Positions 1 to 11,707 of a stretch of DNA of 64,000 nt are shown here, piece after piece (position 1 is the stretch's first letter; each line of letters begins with the position of its first letter). The notes under the pieces were generated by a model. The model saw only the letters and a program-made list of their open reading frames with translations, had not been told where the DNA came from and did not search any database. Location: assembly GCA_010093815.1 (NCBI GenBank), contig ML996567.1; one strand, 5' to 3'. This stretch comes from Pseudovirgaria hyperparasitica (Eukaryota). The translations under genes and the position numbers were made by a program.

Positions 1-338
1 TTGCCTCATTAGTTGTTACCTTGGATATTACCTTACTAAACAGGCTTTCAGCCATCACCCAAGTAATTAATTATCAAGGTTCCCGACTTCTGGTAGCTCC
101 GAGCCTCCGTCGCCCGCGCACGGCAGCCAAAATAGCCTTACAACTGCTAGCGGCCCGACTGCTGCACCGCTCCCAATCCCCGGCCACCATCACTCTTCTA
201 TTCGTTGTCACTCTCTCCCTCCCACACTGACTGTACATCTCCACCACACCCTCAGCTCTCGCCCCGTCCTGGAGCAGACGCAGTCTCCCTCTTCCGTCTC
301 CCGACTGTCACGCGTCATTCCTGTCGCCGCCGGCATAA

Positions 339-2476
339 ATGGCCCCTTATGCCGACGACGACTACGAACACGCTGATCACCATCGTCCTAGACGACGCAA
401 ACATCGCTCCTCTCACAGAGAATCCTCACACAGCTACGAGAGAGAAAGAGATAGGGATAGTTTGAGATACGAGCAGCCCGACCTGCCAGAGCTGAGAAGA
501 GCTAGAGTGCAATACTACGACCGCGATTCGGATCAGCACAGACGTCGACATTCCAGAGACCTTGACGAAGTCGAGCGACGCATGGCATACGAGCGGTCAG
601 TACGGAGGAAACCAAGCGTAAGGCGGATCAAGGTGGTGAGGGAAGATGACATGGACGGACGCCGCCGTCGTTCCAGCAGGAGAGCAGACGATGAATCTAG
701 AAGCGGTGAACATGTCTACCGCTCCCGAGAGCGCTCCAGAGACAGGAGTGCTGAGGAACCTCGACGCAGGTATACCGTGCGTCATGTCCCGGCCGACAAG
801 GACTTGAGACGCTCGAAGACTAGAAAGCTTGCTGAAGAAGTCGTCGTTGAAGAAGAGCTTGCTGCGAGGCCTGAGGTTGACGCAAGACCGCATAGAGCTT
901 CGTCGATTCGCGAGTCGCCGAGGCCGTACATGGCCACGAGGCCGGCAAGACGAAGCACAAGCACCAGGGTAAGGGAAACCGCTCCGGAGGAAGCCCGGAG
1001 TCCGCCACCCACTGTGAGTGCGAGTCCTATGAAGACCAGGCGGCATAGTACGGGGATATTGGGCCTGTTCAGACCAATACCTGCGCCTACTCCTGTAGTG
1101 GAGAGGAGGTTTGTGGCCGAGCTCCCTTATACATGGAGCAATGTGACTAACAATCCTAGGGTTGAATGCGTAGTTTGCTTGCAGGACAGCTCGTATCCTT
1201 TGAAAGCTGCGAAGCTTTCCTGTGGCCATGGCCAATGCCACGAGTGCCTGCGAAGACAATTCTCCCTCTCAGTCAAGGACCCACAACACATGCCTCCACG
1301 ATGCTGTACTGACGAGCACATACCCCTGAAATATGTGGACCGCCTATTCAACGACAAGTTCAAGATGCTGTGGAATCAAAAATATGAGGAGTACACTACC
1401 AAGAACCGCGTCTACTGCCCTTACAGAGATTGCGGACAATGGATCAAACCTTCTAATATCAAGAAAGACTCCACCACTGGACGCATGTACGGAAAGTGTG
1501 GCAGATGCAGGCAGAAAATGTGCGTCAAGTGTAATGGGAAATTCCACACGAAGCGCAACTGCCCGAAAGATGAAGAGACCAAACGTGTCATCGAGATGGC
1601 AAAGGAGAAAGGCTGGCAGCGATGCTACAACTGCAAGACTATGGTCGAGCTCAAAGAGGGCTGCTACCATATGACCTGGTAAGTCACACATGTCGACATA
1701 CGTCTCACGCAGATGTCTCACCCCTGTCCAGCCGCTGCACCGCCCAATTCTGCATGCTCTGCGCCGCGAAATGGAAGACTTGCACCTGCCCGTGGTTCGA
1801 GCACCCCGACCTCGAACCAGCCGAACGCCTCCTGAACATGCAAGTTCCCCATGTCTACCATGTCCCCATCGACACATACCGCCGCCCGCCATCCCCCCCG
1901 ACATCGCAAGCCCAACCCCTCCGCCGCTCAAACACCACTACCTATACGTCCCTTCCACGCCGCTCAAACTCACTGCGCCAGCCCGTGGCACCAACAAATC
2001 CAATCGACCACGTCACCCGCTTCTTCCAGGCCACGCTCAACATGGGCAATCCCACCCCACCGAGCAGCCACGAACGCAACAGAGACGTCGACGTCCAGGT
2101 CTACGGCGTAGGCAACGCGGGCGGGCACCATCTGAACGAGAGCTACGCCATACGACCCACACATCGCCATTCCGTCTCCGCATCGGCTGCTTCGCGGCCC
2201 CGACCCGCCGCACCATCTGCCGTGGCGGCGCAGAGGGCTTGGAGATTCAACATAGCGCCTAGGAGGGAACGTGAGAGGAGAGAAGCCCCGCCGGCGAGGG
2301 ACGTGGCGGCGAGTATAATGGCGGGTCTGAGTAAAGGTGGGGGCCGAACTGGGAGTAATAGGGTTGATACGTGGAGGTTGCATGTTCGGCATGATCCGGA
2401 TGCCGTTGCTGTTGCGGATCGGTTTCCTGATGAGGTGTGGAGTGAGGTGGATAGTGATTTGGGGTATGAGAGTTGA
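339..2476 (+). CDS. RBR (RING1-IBR-RING2) family E3 ubiquitin ligase with Arg/Ser-rich N-terminus
   Basis: RING1 CVVC...CGHGQCHECL...PPRCC; IBR YCPYRDC...CGRCRQKMCVKC...H...C; RING2 WQRCYNCKTMVELKEGCYHMTCRCTAQFCMLC after splicing. Introns 1109-1159 (GTTTGT..GACTAAC..TAG) and 1679-1731 (GTAAGT..CAG). Confidence 0.9.
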
Positions 2477-2817
2477 TGAAGTTTTGGAGAGAAGGGTTGG
2501 GGGAGAGGTGGGTATATTTCGAATCAGTCAGTTATGATGAGCATGATGAGAGCATAATGAGCGCGGCATCTGTGAACTTTGGCGGGAACATCTTTTTGGA
2601 TTTGCACAGCGTGGTGTTTTTTTATTTTTTTTATTTCCTTTCGGGGATTTGTTTGGGTTAGGAATCTTCTGTGGCAGTTGGGTACCGGGGTGTTTTTTTC
2701 TTTTCGGTAACCACGTTATACCCAAACACATCTTCAGACAAACTCGGTACTTTTTATCTTTTCTAATCTACAATCTCGCTTCTTCCTCGCCTGTAGCAGT
2801 AGCAGTGTCGCCACCCT

Positions 2818-4270
2818 TCACAACACCTCAATAACCTCATCATCCTCGTCATCCTCCTCCCCCTCCCCTTTCTCCACGACGCCACCACTCTCCACATCCT
2901 CCACCCTCTTACTAACCTCACCCTCCCCCTCCCCCTCCCCCTCCTCCCCCTCCTCATCCCGCATAACAACCTGCACAAACCGATCACAGCCCTCCCTGAC
3001 CCCCTCATCCTCAACCGCAAGATGCAGCTCCCGCACAACAGGATACACCTTCCGCCCACGCAACTCATCCCGGCCCGCCCGCGTCGTCGTCAGCAACATG
3101 AGCGTCTCGAGATGCAATTTGATGATCTGCAAGTCTGACTCGCGCTGCTTGTCGGGCGGGAGGAGTTGTAGCTCGTCGTGCATGCCCTCGGTGTCCGAGT
3201 CGGGGTATTCTTCGCTGCCCATGAGGGGTTCGAGGATGTAGGGGAGGAGGGAGGAGGTGGTTGTGTTGTGGGATGGGGATGAGGAAGGGAGGGAGAGGAG
3301 GATTGGGTGGGCGGGGAGGTGGAAGGCGACGTTTTTGAGGGTGCTGGCTACGCCGAGACGGCGGGTGTGGGACGGGTGGGTGGTGAAGACTTGGAGCTTG
3401 GTTAGGGGGATGGTGTTTTTGTCGTGGGGCTGGGGCGTGGTGAGGTAGGTGCGGCCGGAGGCGTGCTGGTTGTTTTGTCGTCGTGTTAGATTTGGAAGAC
3501 GTTCGGGAGTGGTTTGGGGAGGGGGAAAAGGAGAAGCGGTACCTTTGCGATGTCGGCGAAGAGGTACGAGAGATAGTCGTAGTCTGCGTCTTTGTTGTAG
3601 CTGCCTGCCGCGCCCTTGACGAAGCAGTCCATGAGCTGGTCCATGGCGTTTGCGGACGTGGAGAGCGGGGACGGGACGGCGCGTTTGAGCGTGAGGAGGG
3701 TGAGGATGGCGTCGGATTTGGCGAGATTGGCGAGGAGCATGGCGAGTTCGTTTGCGTTGGGTTCTTTTTGGTTCTATGTGAGGGGGAATGATCAGCTTTT
3801 CATTCTGGATCACGACACCGTATGTGTGTGGGTTGGGGTGGACAGTACCGTAATACGAAGCAACAGCGTCTCCATGAACGCCTCATCCTTGACCAGGTTC
3901 TCCAGCACCTCCTTGTCATCAGAGATGTTTATGAGTATGGTCAGGGCATTCTTGGCGATGGGCGGGTAGTCCTTGACGAGGAGCTTCAAGTCTTTGACCG
4001 GCGTCAACTCGCCAGTCTTGAAGATTGACGGCTGAGCTTGGGAGTATCCGACGAGGTTTTCGGCCGCTGTGTTGGTGCAGGGTTAAAGATGGTATTCCGT
4101 TTGCGCGTTTGTGTGTGTGTGTGTGTGGGTGGGTGGAAGGTCGCATACCGATTTGACGTATTTGCGTGTTGCCATGGTGTAGGAATTCTACCAACTATGA
4201 TGCGTGAGTGGAGGCCTTGTTGTTGATATTGTCGCTGAATGTCACTTACCTCTTCTAGTTCTGTGGGCAT
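2818..4270 (-). CDS. HGH1: HGH1 / FAM203 family protein (eEF2 chaperone; DUF383-DUF384 armadillo-like), multi-exon
   Basis: Spliced reading MPTELEE|LVEFLHHGNTQIRQI|AAENL..., MLLANLAKSD, AMDQLMDCFVKG, DYLSYLFAD, RRLGVASTLKNVAF, LLPYILEPLMGSEEY, LQLLPPDKQRESD, HLETLMLL, VYPVVRELH, acidic tail. Confidence 0.9.
4110..4127. repeat. (TG)9 microsatellite in an HGH1 intron
   Basis: Direct reading tgtgtgtgtgtgtgtgtg. Confidence 0.85.
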
Positions 4271-5255
4271 CTCGAACTGTATAGGTGTGTCTTGTGGTGG
4301 GACAGTATTTTTTGAGTATGACGTGGTTATCGATAGGGTGATGGATAGCCTGAGGCATGATTGCATATGTCAAGATGATCTGATAAGATCACGACTAAGA
4401 ACACTATCCATCGATTCCATCAAAACTTTATACTACTATTAATACCTCTTCGACGACTCTTCCACTTCGCAACATGCTCCTAATCTAGCAAGACTCTTCC
4501 TCTCCTTCATACTACAGACTTTTCCTAGATACCACGACAACCACACCACTAGCATCAAGACGCAGCAAGACCCACTAATCCCCGTAAAACTCTCCGTACA
4601 TAGGAGAAATATGTAGCGACGGGATGTTTCTTGTAGTCATTTATCCCGAAGTGGATATTATAAAGCCCGTTTCGTCCAGTATACGTGTACGTGACGCGTT
4701 ATACAACCGGCTGGAGTCAAGCGGCAAACTACTCGGCCTAGGATGTTATATATGACTGAACAGATGGGGAAGTAGTCTGTTCCTGCCCGGTCTTGGGACA
4801 CTGTATGTCAGCACGGCATTCCACGATGGAGGTTCGAAATTGGTTTCCGTTTTCGTCAGGGCGAGTGGTATGTTTATGGGTGAAGATATAGTTTGTTTTG
4901 ACGGTATGGGCGGAATAGAGATGTGAGGTCGTTGAGTGTGATGGTCTAGTGTTAGATATAGTATTTAGGGTATGCGTGGGTGGATATCATATCTAATGTC
5001 GGAGAGAAAGGCACTGTAGTCTCTACCAAATCCATGAACGTGTCTTTCAATTACTGCCTGTTTCCTGGTCTTCCCACGTAGAGTAAGTAGGTCGTCTAGA
5101 GGATATATATGCGGGTATTAGTGAGTGAGTGAGTGAGCGTCGTCAAGAAGAACAAAATGCGCCCAGTCCAAAGCATGCCAACCTATACACAACAAGAAAC
5201 GCCTCGCAAGCATGCATGCAGCCATCCCCGTCTACCTCGAGTCCCCAGGTCCAGA

Positions 5256-7451
5256 CTACGTAGCGTGATGCCCATCAGTCCTCGCCAACACAACAGTGCT
5301 AACCTTCGTCACCACACCAGCCACAATCTTGAACGTCACGCTCAACACCCACACCACAGTCTTGAACCCCACCCCCAACACAGTCACAATAGTCCGCGTG
5401 ACAAACGGCATCCTCTCCTCATCCCCCACCTTCCCAACAACCTCACGTCCTGGTCCATCAAAATGTGGAGGCGCAGTCACACTGCCCATCTCCACCCCGC
5501 CGAGCATCTCCTTATCCACGACTCCCGCCGGTGCCAGATCTCCCTTGCTGCCCGGCGCACTCTTGTACATATGGCTCGGCGGAAGCACAGCCTTGACACC
5601 AGCCTTGGATTTCATAAACTTGAACAGCCGCTTCCGCTTAACCTTCGATTCGTCTGCGACGCTCAAGCCCGGCGCAGTAGAGAAGGAGTACGGCATCCCG
5701 ACCCCCTGCGGCGGGGCAGCGAACGCGATCGCCTTACGCAGCCTCTTCTCCTCCGCCAGCGCGACGGCGAGAATAGCGGAGACGAGCACATCGATGAGAT
5801 ATGGATTCGAAAACGAGAGAAAGGCGGAGATGTTGAGCACGAGCGTGTCGGCGCCAAAGTCGAGCTTCGCGAGCGGTGTGCCGGGGGTGAGGGACGGGTG
5901 TGAGATTGTGATTGTAGTGGGTTTATTGTTTCCGCGCGTGAGTGCGGGTGAGGGCGCGCGGGAGCTGAAGGGCAGGGAGCCGAGGACGGGCGACAGGCCT
6001 GGAGACGTGTCTCCTTCGTGGCTGATGGCGAAGACGCCGAGGGTGGGATGGTGCAGCGCGTATGTACCGGGTGATTTCGTGGACGGGTTGTGCTGGGGAG
6101 GGAGTGTGGAGGTACCGCGTGTCCAGACGAGAGCGCAGCATTCGCGCTCTGCGGTGCCGCGGAGGACGTCTTCTGCTAGCCGCTGGGCTGCGTCGGACGT
6201 GGCGTCTGGGTCGAATGCAGCGATGTGTGCGGCGGCAGGGGAGTTGGAAGCGATATCGAGGGCGTTCAAGGCGGCGAGCTTGGGGTATATGGTTGTGATT
6301 ATGGATGCTGGGTCGGGATCCCGGCCTGCTCTAGTTTTTGACATTGTGGGAGTGGGGGAGAGGGTAAGGTGAGTGACTGGTACGTTTGTAGGTTTGGTAG
6401 GATGGTGTCGACGGATGATAAGTTCGTGCTCATCGTCATCATCATCGTTCTCCTGTTCGCCGGGTCCAGGGGGTATGTCAGTGTGGCTGAGAGTGTAGAA
6501 TGGTTGCGAAGGCGTTGGTCCGAACGAGATCTGTGGCTCGGTATTGCTCTTCGATGCTGGATGTCTGTGCATCTGGAGAGTAAACGTCTGAACGACAGGG
6601 ACGCCTTGTCCGTTTGTAGCATCCCATAGTGAGTCAAGCATTGAGGCTGGCGTATAGTAAGGAGTTGGCGCCGGCATATTGACCTCGTCTCCGTGCTCCA
6701 GATTCGCGTAGGGAGTATATTTCGTTGGAGAGTAGAGTGGCCGGCTGATCTTACTCATAGGAATGTGCGTTGGTGAGGACTGAGTTGGCTTGTATGGCTG
6801 TTGGTCTAAGGGCAAACCCGGATTATACTGGGGAAACATGGAGCGCATTGGAGGTGGGCTTGTAGGGGATCGAGCGGTCGTTCCGGACAGAGCTGGAGAA
6901 GTGGCTTTCTCATCTGGACTAACTGACGAGGTGAGCCTTGAAGTTGCAGAGACTACATTAGTCCCAGCAGGTGAAACAACGACGTTGCCTGGGGGAGATA
7001 CTGCCGTCCCGGGTGGCACTTGAGAATCAGAAGATGTTGGGGATACAACGACTTGAGGTCGTTCTGGTGCAGCGGCTGGTGAGACTGAATGAGCCCTCGG
7101 AGGCAGAGGCGGTGTAGATGTAGTGTTCGACGTGTGCTGGTGTGATGTCGTTCGCGGCTCTGCAATGTGTGGTTTTTTTGACTCCTTGAGTCTTGGTAGA
7201 CCACCCGGCGCCGGCGGAGGGGGAGGAGGAGGGAGGACAGCAGCATTAGCCGGAGAGTCCACACGGATCACAAGTTCGTGGAGGTCGACCGGCGACTTTC
7301 CATTCTCTCGTCTCTCCACAGTAGGACTTGAATCGGACACTGTAACGGTGGGATTCTTCCGACTTGTAGTCCTCTGTGGCCATTGCTGGACGGGCTTTTT
7401 CTGATTAGGCGGAGGAGGCGGAGGGAACAGTTGCAGAGCAGGAGGAGCCAT
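5256..7451 (-). CDS. Uncharacterised 731-aa protein: Pro-rich N-half, likely folded C-half, hydrophobic C-terminal helix
   Basis: Uninterrupted long ORF starting MAPPALQLFPPPP; motifs MRSMFPQYNPGLPLDQQPYKP and IYPKLAALNALD; C-terminal FVTRTIVTVLGVGFKTVVWVLSVTFKIVAGVV. Confidence 0.75.
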   Translation of the reverse strand: MAPPALQLFPPPPPPNQKKPVQQWPQRTTSRKNPTVTVSDSSPTVERRENGKSPVDLHELVIRVDSPANAAVLPPPPPPPAPGGLPRLKESKKPHIAEPRTTSHQHTSNTTSTPPLPPRAHSVSPAAAPERPQVVVSPTSSDSQVPPGTAVSPPGNVVVSPAGTNVVSATSRLTSSVSPDEKATSPALSGTTARSPTSPPPMRSMFPQYNPGLPLDQQPYKPTQSSPTHIPMSKISRPLYSPTKYTPYANLEHGDEVNMPAPTPYYTPASMLDSLWDATNGQGVPVVQTFTLQMHRHPASKSNTEPQISFGPTPSQPFYTLSHTDIPPGPGEQENDDDDDEHELIIRRHHPTKPTNVPVTHLTLSPTPTMSKTRAGRDPDPASIITTIYPKLAALNALDIASNSPAAAHIAAFDPDATSDAAQRLAEDVLRGTAERECCALVWTRGTSTLPPQHNPSTKSPGTYALHHPTLGVFAISHEGDTSPGLSPVLGSLPFSSRAPSPALTRGNNKPTTITISHPSLTPGTPLAKLDFGADTLVLNISAFLSFSNPYLIDVLVSAILAVALAEEKRLRKAIAFAAPPQGVGMPYSFSTAPGLSVADESKVKRKRLFKFMKSKAGVKAVLPPSHMYKSAPGSKGDLAPAGVVDKEMLGGVEMGSVTAPPHFDGPGREVVGKVGDEERMPFVTRTIVTVLGVGFKTVVWVLSVTFKIVAGVVTKVSTVVLARTDGHHAT

Positions 7452-8366
7452 GGTAGATATTCTCTCTTCTTTGGCAGACTAGGACGACAGGAGTACTGGG
7501 AGAAGAAGCTCGTCTTATCGAGTCAGAGAACACAACAAGGTAAATAGTACAGGACCGGCCTGAGGGGAAAAAGGGACGATCAAGTCCCACGAGCAGCCAT
7601 ATAAGAGATTGCTGCCGCCATCCGGACGTGGGTGGTGGAGAGCTGACAGCAAGCCATCGGAGGATGGGCAATAGCGGCTCGCATGGTGGTAAGTAGACCG
7701 TCTACGTCCAGGCAAGGTTGACGAGGAGCGGAGCCAATGAAGCGAGTGAATGGATATAGGGCGGTTGTTTGCATGTCAAGTGTTTTGCGCGAGCGGTTGC
7801 AGGACGAACACTCGACTCACATTACGCGCCCGTCGTCTTTCGGATGCGGACGCTAATCGAGAACTAATGCCGTATGCACTGCAGTGTGATGGTCCGCATG
7901 CCTCTCGCCCTGCTGATTGGCCAGCTGCCCCTTCGCGTATCGTAAACAGAACAAATTGCTATTCATAGTCTGTTCTTCCTTGTTGGGGTGCTATACTACA
8001 ACATCCCAGGTCAGTGTCAGTGTCAGATCTGGCATTCGATTAGGTGCGGCTCGTTACGCTGCTCCACGAGACTCCTATACTCTCGGCGCCGATGCATGCA
8101 TATACATACGTAAGACCTGTGGATACGCTTTGTAAATTCATGGGCTTTGATTTGGAGCCTTGTGTAAAGTACATCCCATGCACCAAAAGTACAAATATTT
8201 GTATACAGCCAAACGTCCGACCATGCTTATGCTGCTGAGCTTTCTTCACCCAATGAGCTTGCCAAACGTAGTGTGAAAGGTGACCATAGGATACAGCCTG
8301 TATACATGTGTCCGTGTGGGACTGAGGCTGATCATCGCGCCGTCAAGCGTCTCTATATCTGCTCTC

Positions 8367-10996
8367 TTAGATATCCTTGCGGTAAAGCATTTTCGTGTCT
8401 TTGTCCAATCTGACAAACGGTCTCAACGACCTCGAGAATTCCGCCTTGTCCTCTGGTGTCCGAAGTCGGGGCTTGAAGATGCGCATCAGCTGCGACATGG
8501 TCAAGCCTTCTGGTGGAATCGCAGCAACCACTTCTTCAGGGGGCGGCCGACCTGTAGCTGCACTGCTGACGCCAGTGGGAGTCGCAGTTCCTGAAGCAGG
8601 AGAAGTACCTACACGAAGTCAGTAAGCAGATGTTGGAGCTCCAATCAGACTGGAAACGATAACAAGTGGACAATTAGGTCAGAGAGAAGATTACAGTCTG
8701 CATTGGCAGGAGGCGGCCCACGAGTCCAGAACACACCCTATATACCGCGCCTCTCACACTCCCTTGCTCGCCGCCCGTGAAGGCTACATGCTCGGGAATA
8801 TTCGCGACGGGCATACAGGTGCTGCCGAGGCTGCCTGTGTATTCCTTACTCGCAAACCTCAACCTTACCTCAGGCTAAGGATGACAGAGTTTTCATCATA
8901 TGAGAGAGAGAGGGAAAATATAGAGAGCAGTAATGAATGTAATGCATGCACTGACCTTGCATCCTATTGGTGCCGCCGGCACTCAGGACTGCGCTCCCTG
9001 CGGTGGAGCCTCCGACCACAGCCGGACTTCCAGCTCTGCTTCCCCCTGGAGTGCCGGGTGGTGATAGTCGAAGTTTTAGTTTTTGCTTTCTTCCACCTTC
9101 TGTCATATCGCTATCGCTCCCGGAGCCAGCGCCGCCGCGAAGTTTCGATTTAAGCTTGGTTGGTGCGGATGAGGATGGAGCATTGTCGGGAGACATCGGT
9201 CGCGCATTTGTATGCGTGGGCTGGGAAAGGGCGTGCTTCTTCTTGGACTTCTTTCGTGAGGATTCATTCCCACTCATTTCTGAGAGGTTAGGAGATCCTG
9301 GGCGTTTGAGGTTGTTGGTAGCTTTCTTGAGGACATCTGATGTTTTCGGACGGCCGGAGGGTGTATTAGTACCCTTAGTAGATGTGCCTGAACTGGTCTG
9401 TTTAGGTTTCTCGGCCTCTTTGGGTTCCTTCTCCTTGGCTTTCGCCTTCTTTTCCTCTTCTTTCTTTTGCTCCTCTTCGCGTTTGCGTTCTTCATCGGAA
9501 TCAAGAGATTCACTCTGTTTTGATATTAGTGTGGTTTGGGAATTGGAGGGAATGTGCCTTACTGAGTCTGAGAAGTACTTGTTGCCGTCACTGTCTTGCT
9601 CATAATCGTAATTCTTCTCTCGCTTCAAGAGCGCCTTTCGGATCTGCTTCTCAAGTTTCCTCTGCTCCTCCGCTGCCTTCTGTTGTATCTCCTCCTGCTT
9701 CCAAACATCTTTCTCATCCCGCAACTCGAACGCGTTGGCGGCAGCTTGCTCCTTCTTGATTCTTTCCGAAGTTTCTTTCGTGTCTTCGTCTTCACCTTCG
9801 AAAAGACCATTGACACCTTCTTCATCATCGGCGAAGTCTTCTTCGGCATTGTAGTCCATTTCGCCAATGTCCTCGACCTCTCCCCTCTCGTCATCACCAC
9901 CTCTTGGTCGTTTATTATCTGACGCACCCAAGTGTAATTTCCGTGTAAGTTTTTGCTCGCGCATCTTCATCTTTTTTTCGGCATCCTTTTCCTCCGCAGC
10001 GGCGAACCAGCGCGGTGCCTTGGCCTTTGCCTGGAAAGCAGCATCTGCCTGGTCTGCAGTCCAAGTCTTGCCTCTCTGCTTCGATGTGAATCTATACCAC
10101 TTCTCCACAGGAACTAAGCGGCAGCCATTCTGATCCTTCACGAGCATGACATAATGATCCGACAGTGCAGCTTCATAGGTGCCCACCCATGTATTTTTAT
10201 TGTCGAAATCCTCTAGATGCCACGGCAGCGACTCTTCGTATCGTAGAGCTGATTTCTTCCGTGCTTCTGGTGTGTCATCTCTTCTATAAACTTGCTCTGT
10301 CTTCTTTTGAAATGCAGCCGGTTTATTCTTCTTCACTGCGGGCGCGATTTGAGCTTGATTTTCCTCTCGAATGCGCTTCCTTTCTTCCTTCATGATCTCG
10401 AGACGTTCCCGCTCCTTGTCATCTGTCTGGTTGCTTTCGCCATCATCGACCTCTTCGATCGGACCAGCACCAACGGCCGGCGCGCGAGGGTCACGACGAT
10501 GAAGGCGAAGCGGAGGCGTGAATTGCGACTCGTCGAAGAGATCTACTTTGGACCGAGCTGGCGGTGGATGAAGTCGCAGAACGTGGTGTCGCAAGCCCTC
10601 GACCATATGTTTAGGTGTCGTGTATATGGGTATAGATTGCGTTGGTTGAGGTAGCGGCCTTTGCGGTGGACCGGTGGTCGAATGCTGAGCAGCAGGCAAT
10701 GGCCGTGCCTGTAAGGCTCCAGGCTTTGCTCCTCCATTAGCCTGTGGTGGAGGGCGTGGTGGTCTGTTTGGTTTCTGGCCTGGTCTTCTATTTGGGACAA
10801 GCGGGTTAGTCTGTTGTTTCTTCCTCTTGCGCATGAGAGGTGGATTTTGAGGAGTTGAGCCCGGTAGAGCAGCAGGTGAAGCTGTGTTCGGTCGCTGAGC
10901 ATCACTTAACGGCGCTGCCGTAGAGTGGCCGTTCGCAATCGCGTTGTTGGGCATGTTCATGCCTGATGCCGAAGCAGAATACTGGTTGTATGACAT
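8367..10996 (-). CDS. TFG1: Transcription initiation factor TFIIF large subunit (Tfg1/RAP74)
   Basis: FTPPLRLHRRDPR, LRYEESLPWHLEDFDNKNTWVGTYEAALS, LVPVEKWYRF, FADDEE, LKRPGSPNLSEMSGNES. Introns 9562-9515 and 8955-8609. Last exon 8608-8367 encodes a winged-helix-like tail (PPPEEVVAAIPPEGLTMSQLMRIFKPRL...YRKDI*). Confidence 0.92.
8679..8899 (-). ncRNA. Intronic box C/D snoRNA with two guides complementary to U6 snRNA (predicted Am47 and Am70 equivalents)
   Basis: Box C ATGATGA 8899-8893; guide TGTCATCCTTAG plus D' CTGA 8873-8870; guide TAATCTTCTCT plus D CTGA 8682-8679. Guides complement conserved U6 AAGGAUGACA and AGAGAAGAUUA, and the D+5 rule lands on known U6 methylation sites. Lies in a 347-nt intron ~55-60 nt upstream of the branch site. 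Confidence 0.85.
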
Positions 10997-11707
10997 CGCG
11001 GTCAGCTGTATTGGTAGCTGCTTGTGCGAATCGGTCGTTCGCGTTTGTGACTATCGAGCGTTGAGGCAGCCAGATAGGGATGCAGTACGTCTAGACTTGA
11101 AGGAGGGGTGTGTGATGAAGAGACAGGACAAGTAGTATTACCGCATAGCTCGACTGTCTTTCAGCCTCAAGGGTTACGGATGTTACCTGTTACAGTTCGC
11201 CATTCACTCTCTCACAACGGACGACGGTAGATCCATGGATGATAGTTGAGCTTATGTAATCAGGCGCTAAGATCCTGTCAATAGGTAATTAGGTGGTGCA
11301 TTCACACTAACCTGCTTTCTACGCGAAGCTTGGATGGACTTTGTATATTAAACACACAACATTCATTCATTAGTGATTGCTGCTGTTGCTGCACTTATAC
11401 ACTCTCACCATCGGGGGGGCACTACTCGCGATCTGATAGCCCTGTGATCTCAACAGTGGCTGGTTGTCTGTGCAAGATATCTGCGTCAATATATGGAGCA
11501 CCGCAGCTCTAGCACAAATGTCAAGGAACCCCGGATGAAACCTCCATGAAGATTCCTGTCCCTTGCGTCACTCAATCATTCACTCACTCACCCACTCACT
11601 CACTCACTCTCAGCCTCACATCCAAAACAATAATCTCAGCATTCACAGGACCTTTCCAACACAGCTCTAGCTATCTAAAGTGTCTCGCTGAACCCAGCCT
11701 CGCCACC

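Noticed and set aside
4825..4845. GGTTCGAA B-box-like string suggesting a tRNA
   Set aside because: No cloverleaf pairing or A-box at a suitable distance.
5296..6372. Long antisense ORFs (also 597-1259, 8967-9605, 21956-22648, 55010-55765)
   Set aside because: They are shadows of real genes on the opposite strand, with no recognisable motifs.
8863..8876. Apparent 6-nt poison microexon AG|CCTGAG|GTAAGG in the TFG1 intron (would give GCC TGA and remove the C-terminal domain)
   Set aside because: The sequence is explained by the snoRNA guide plus D' box, and there is no good upstream branch site. Only RNA-seq could revive it.
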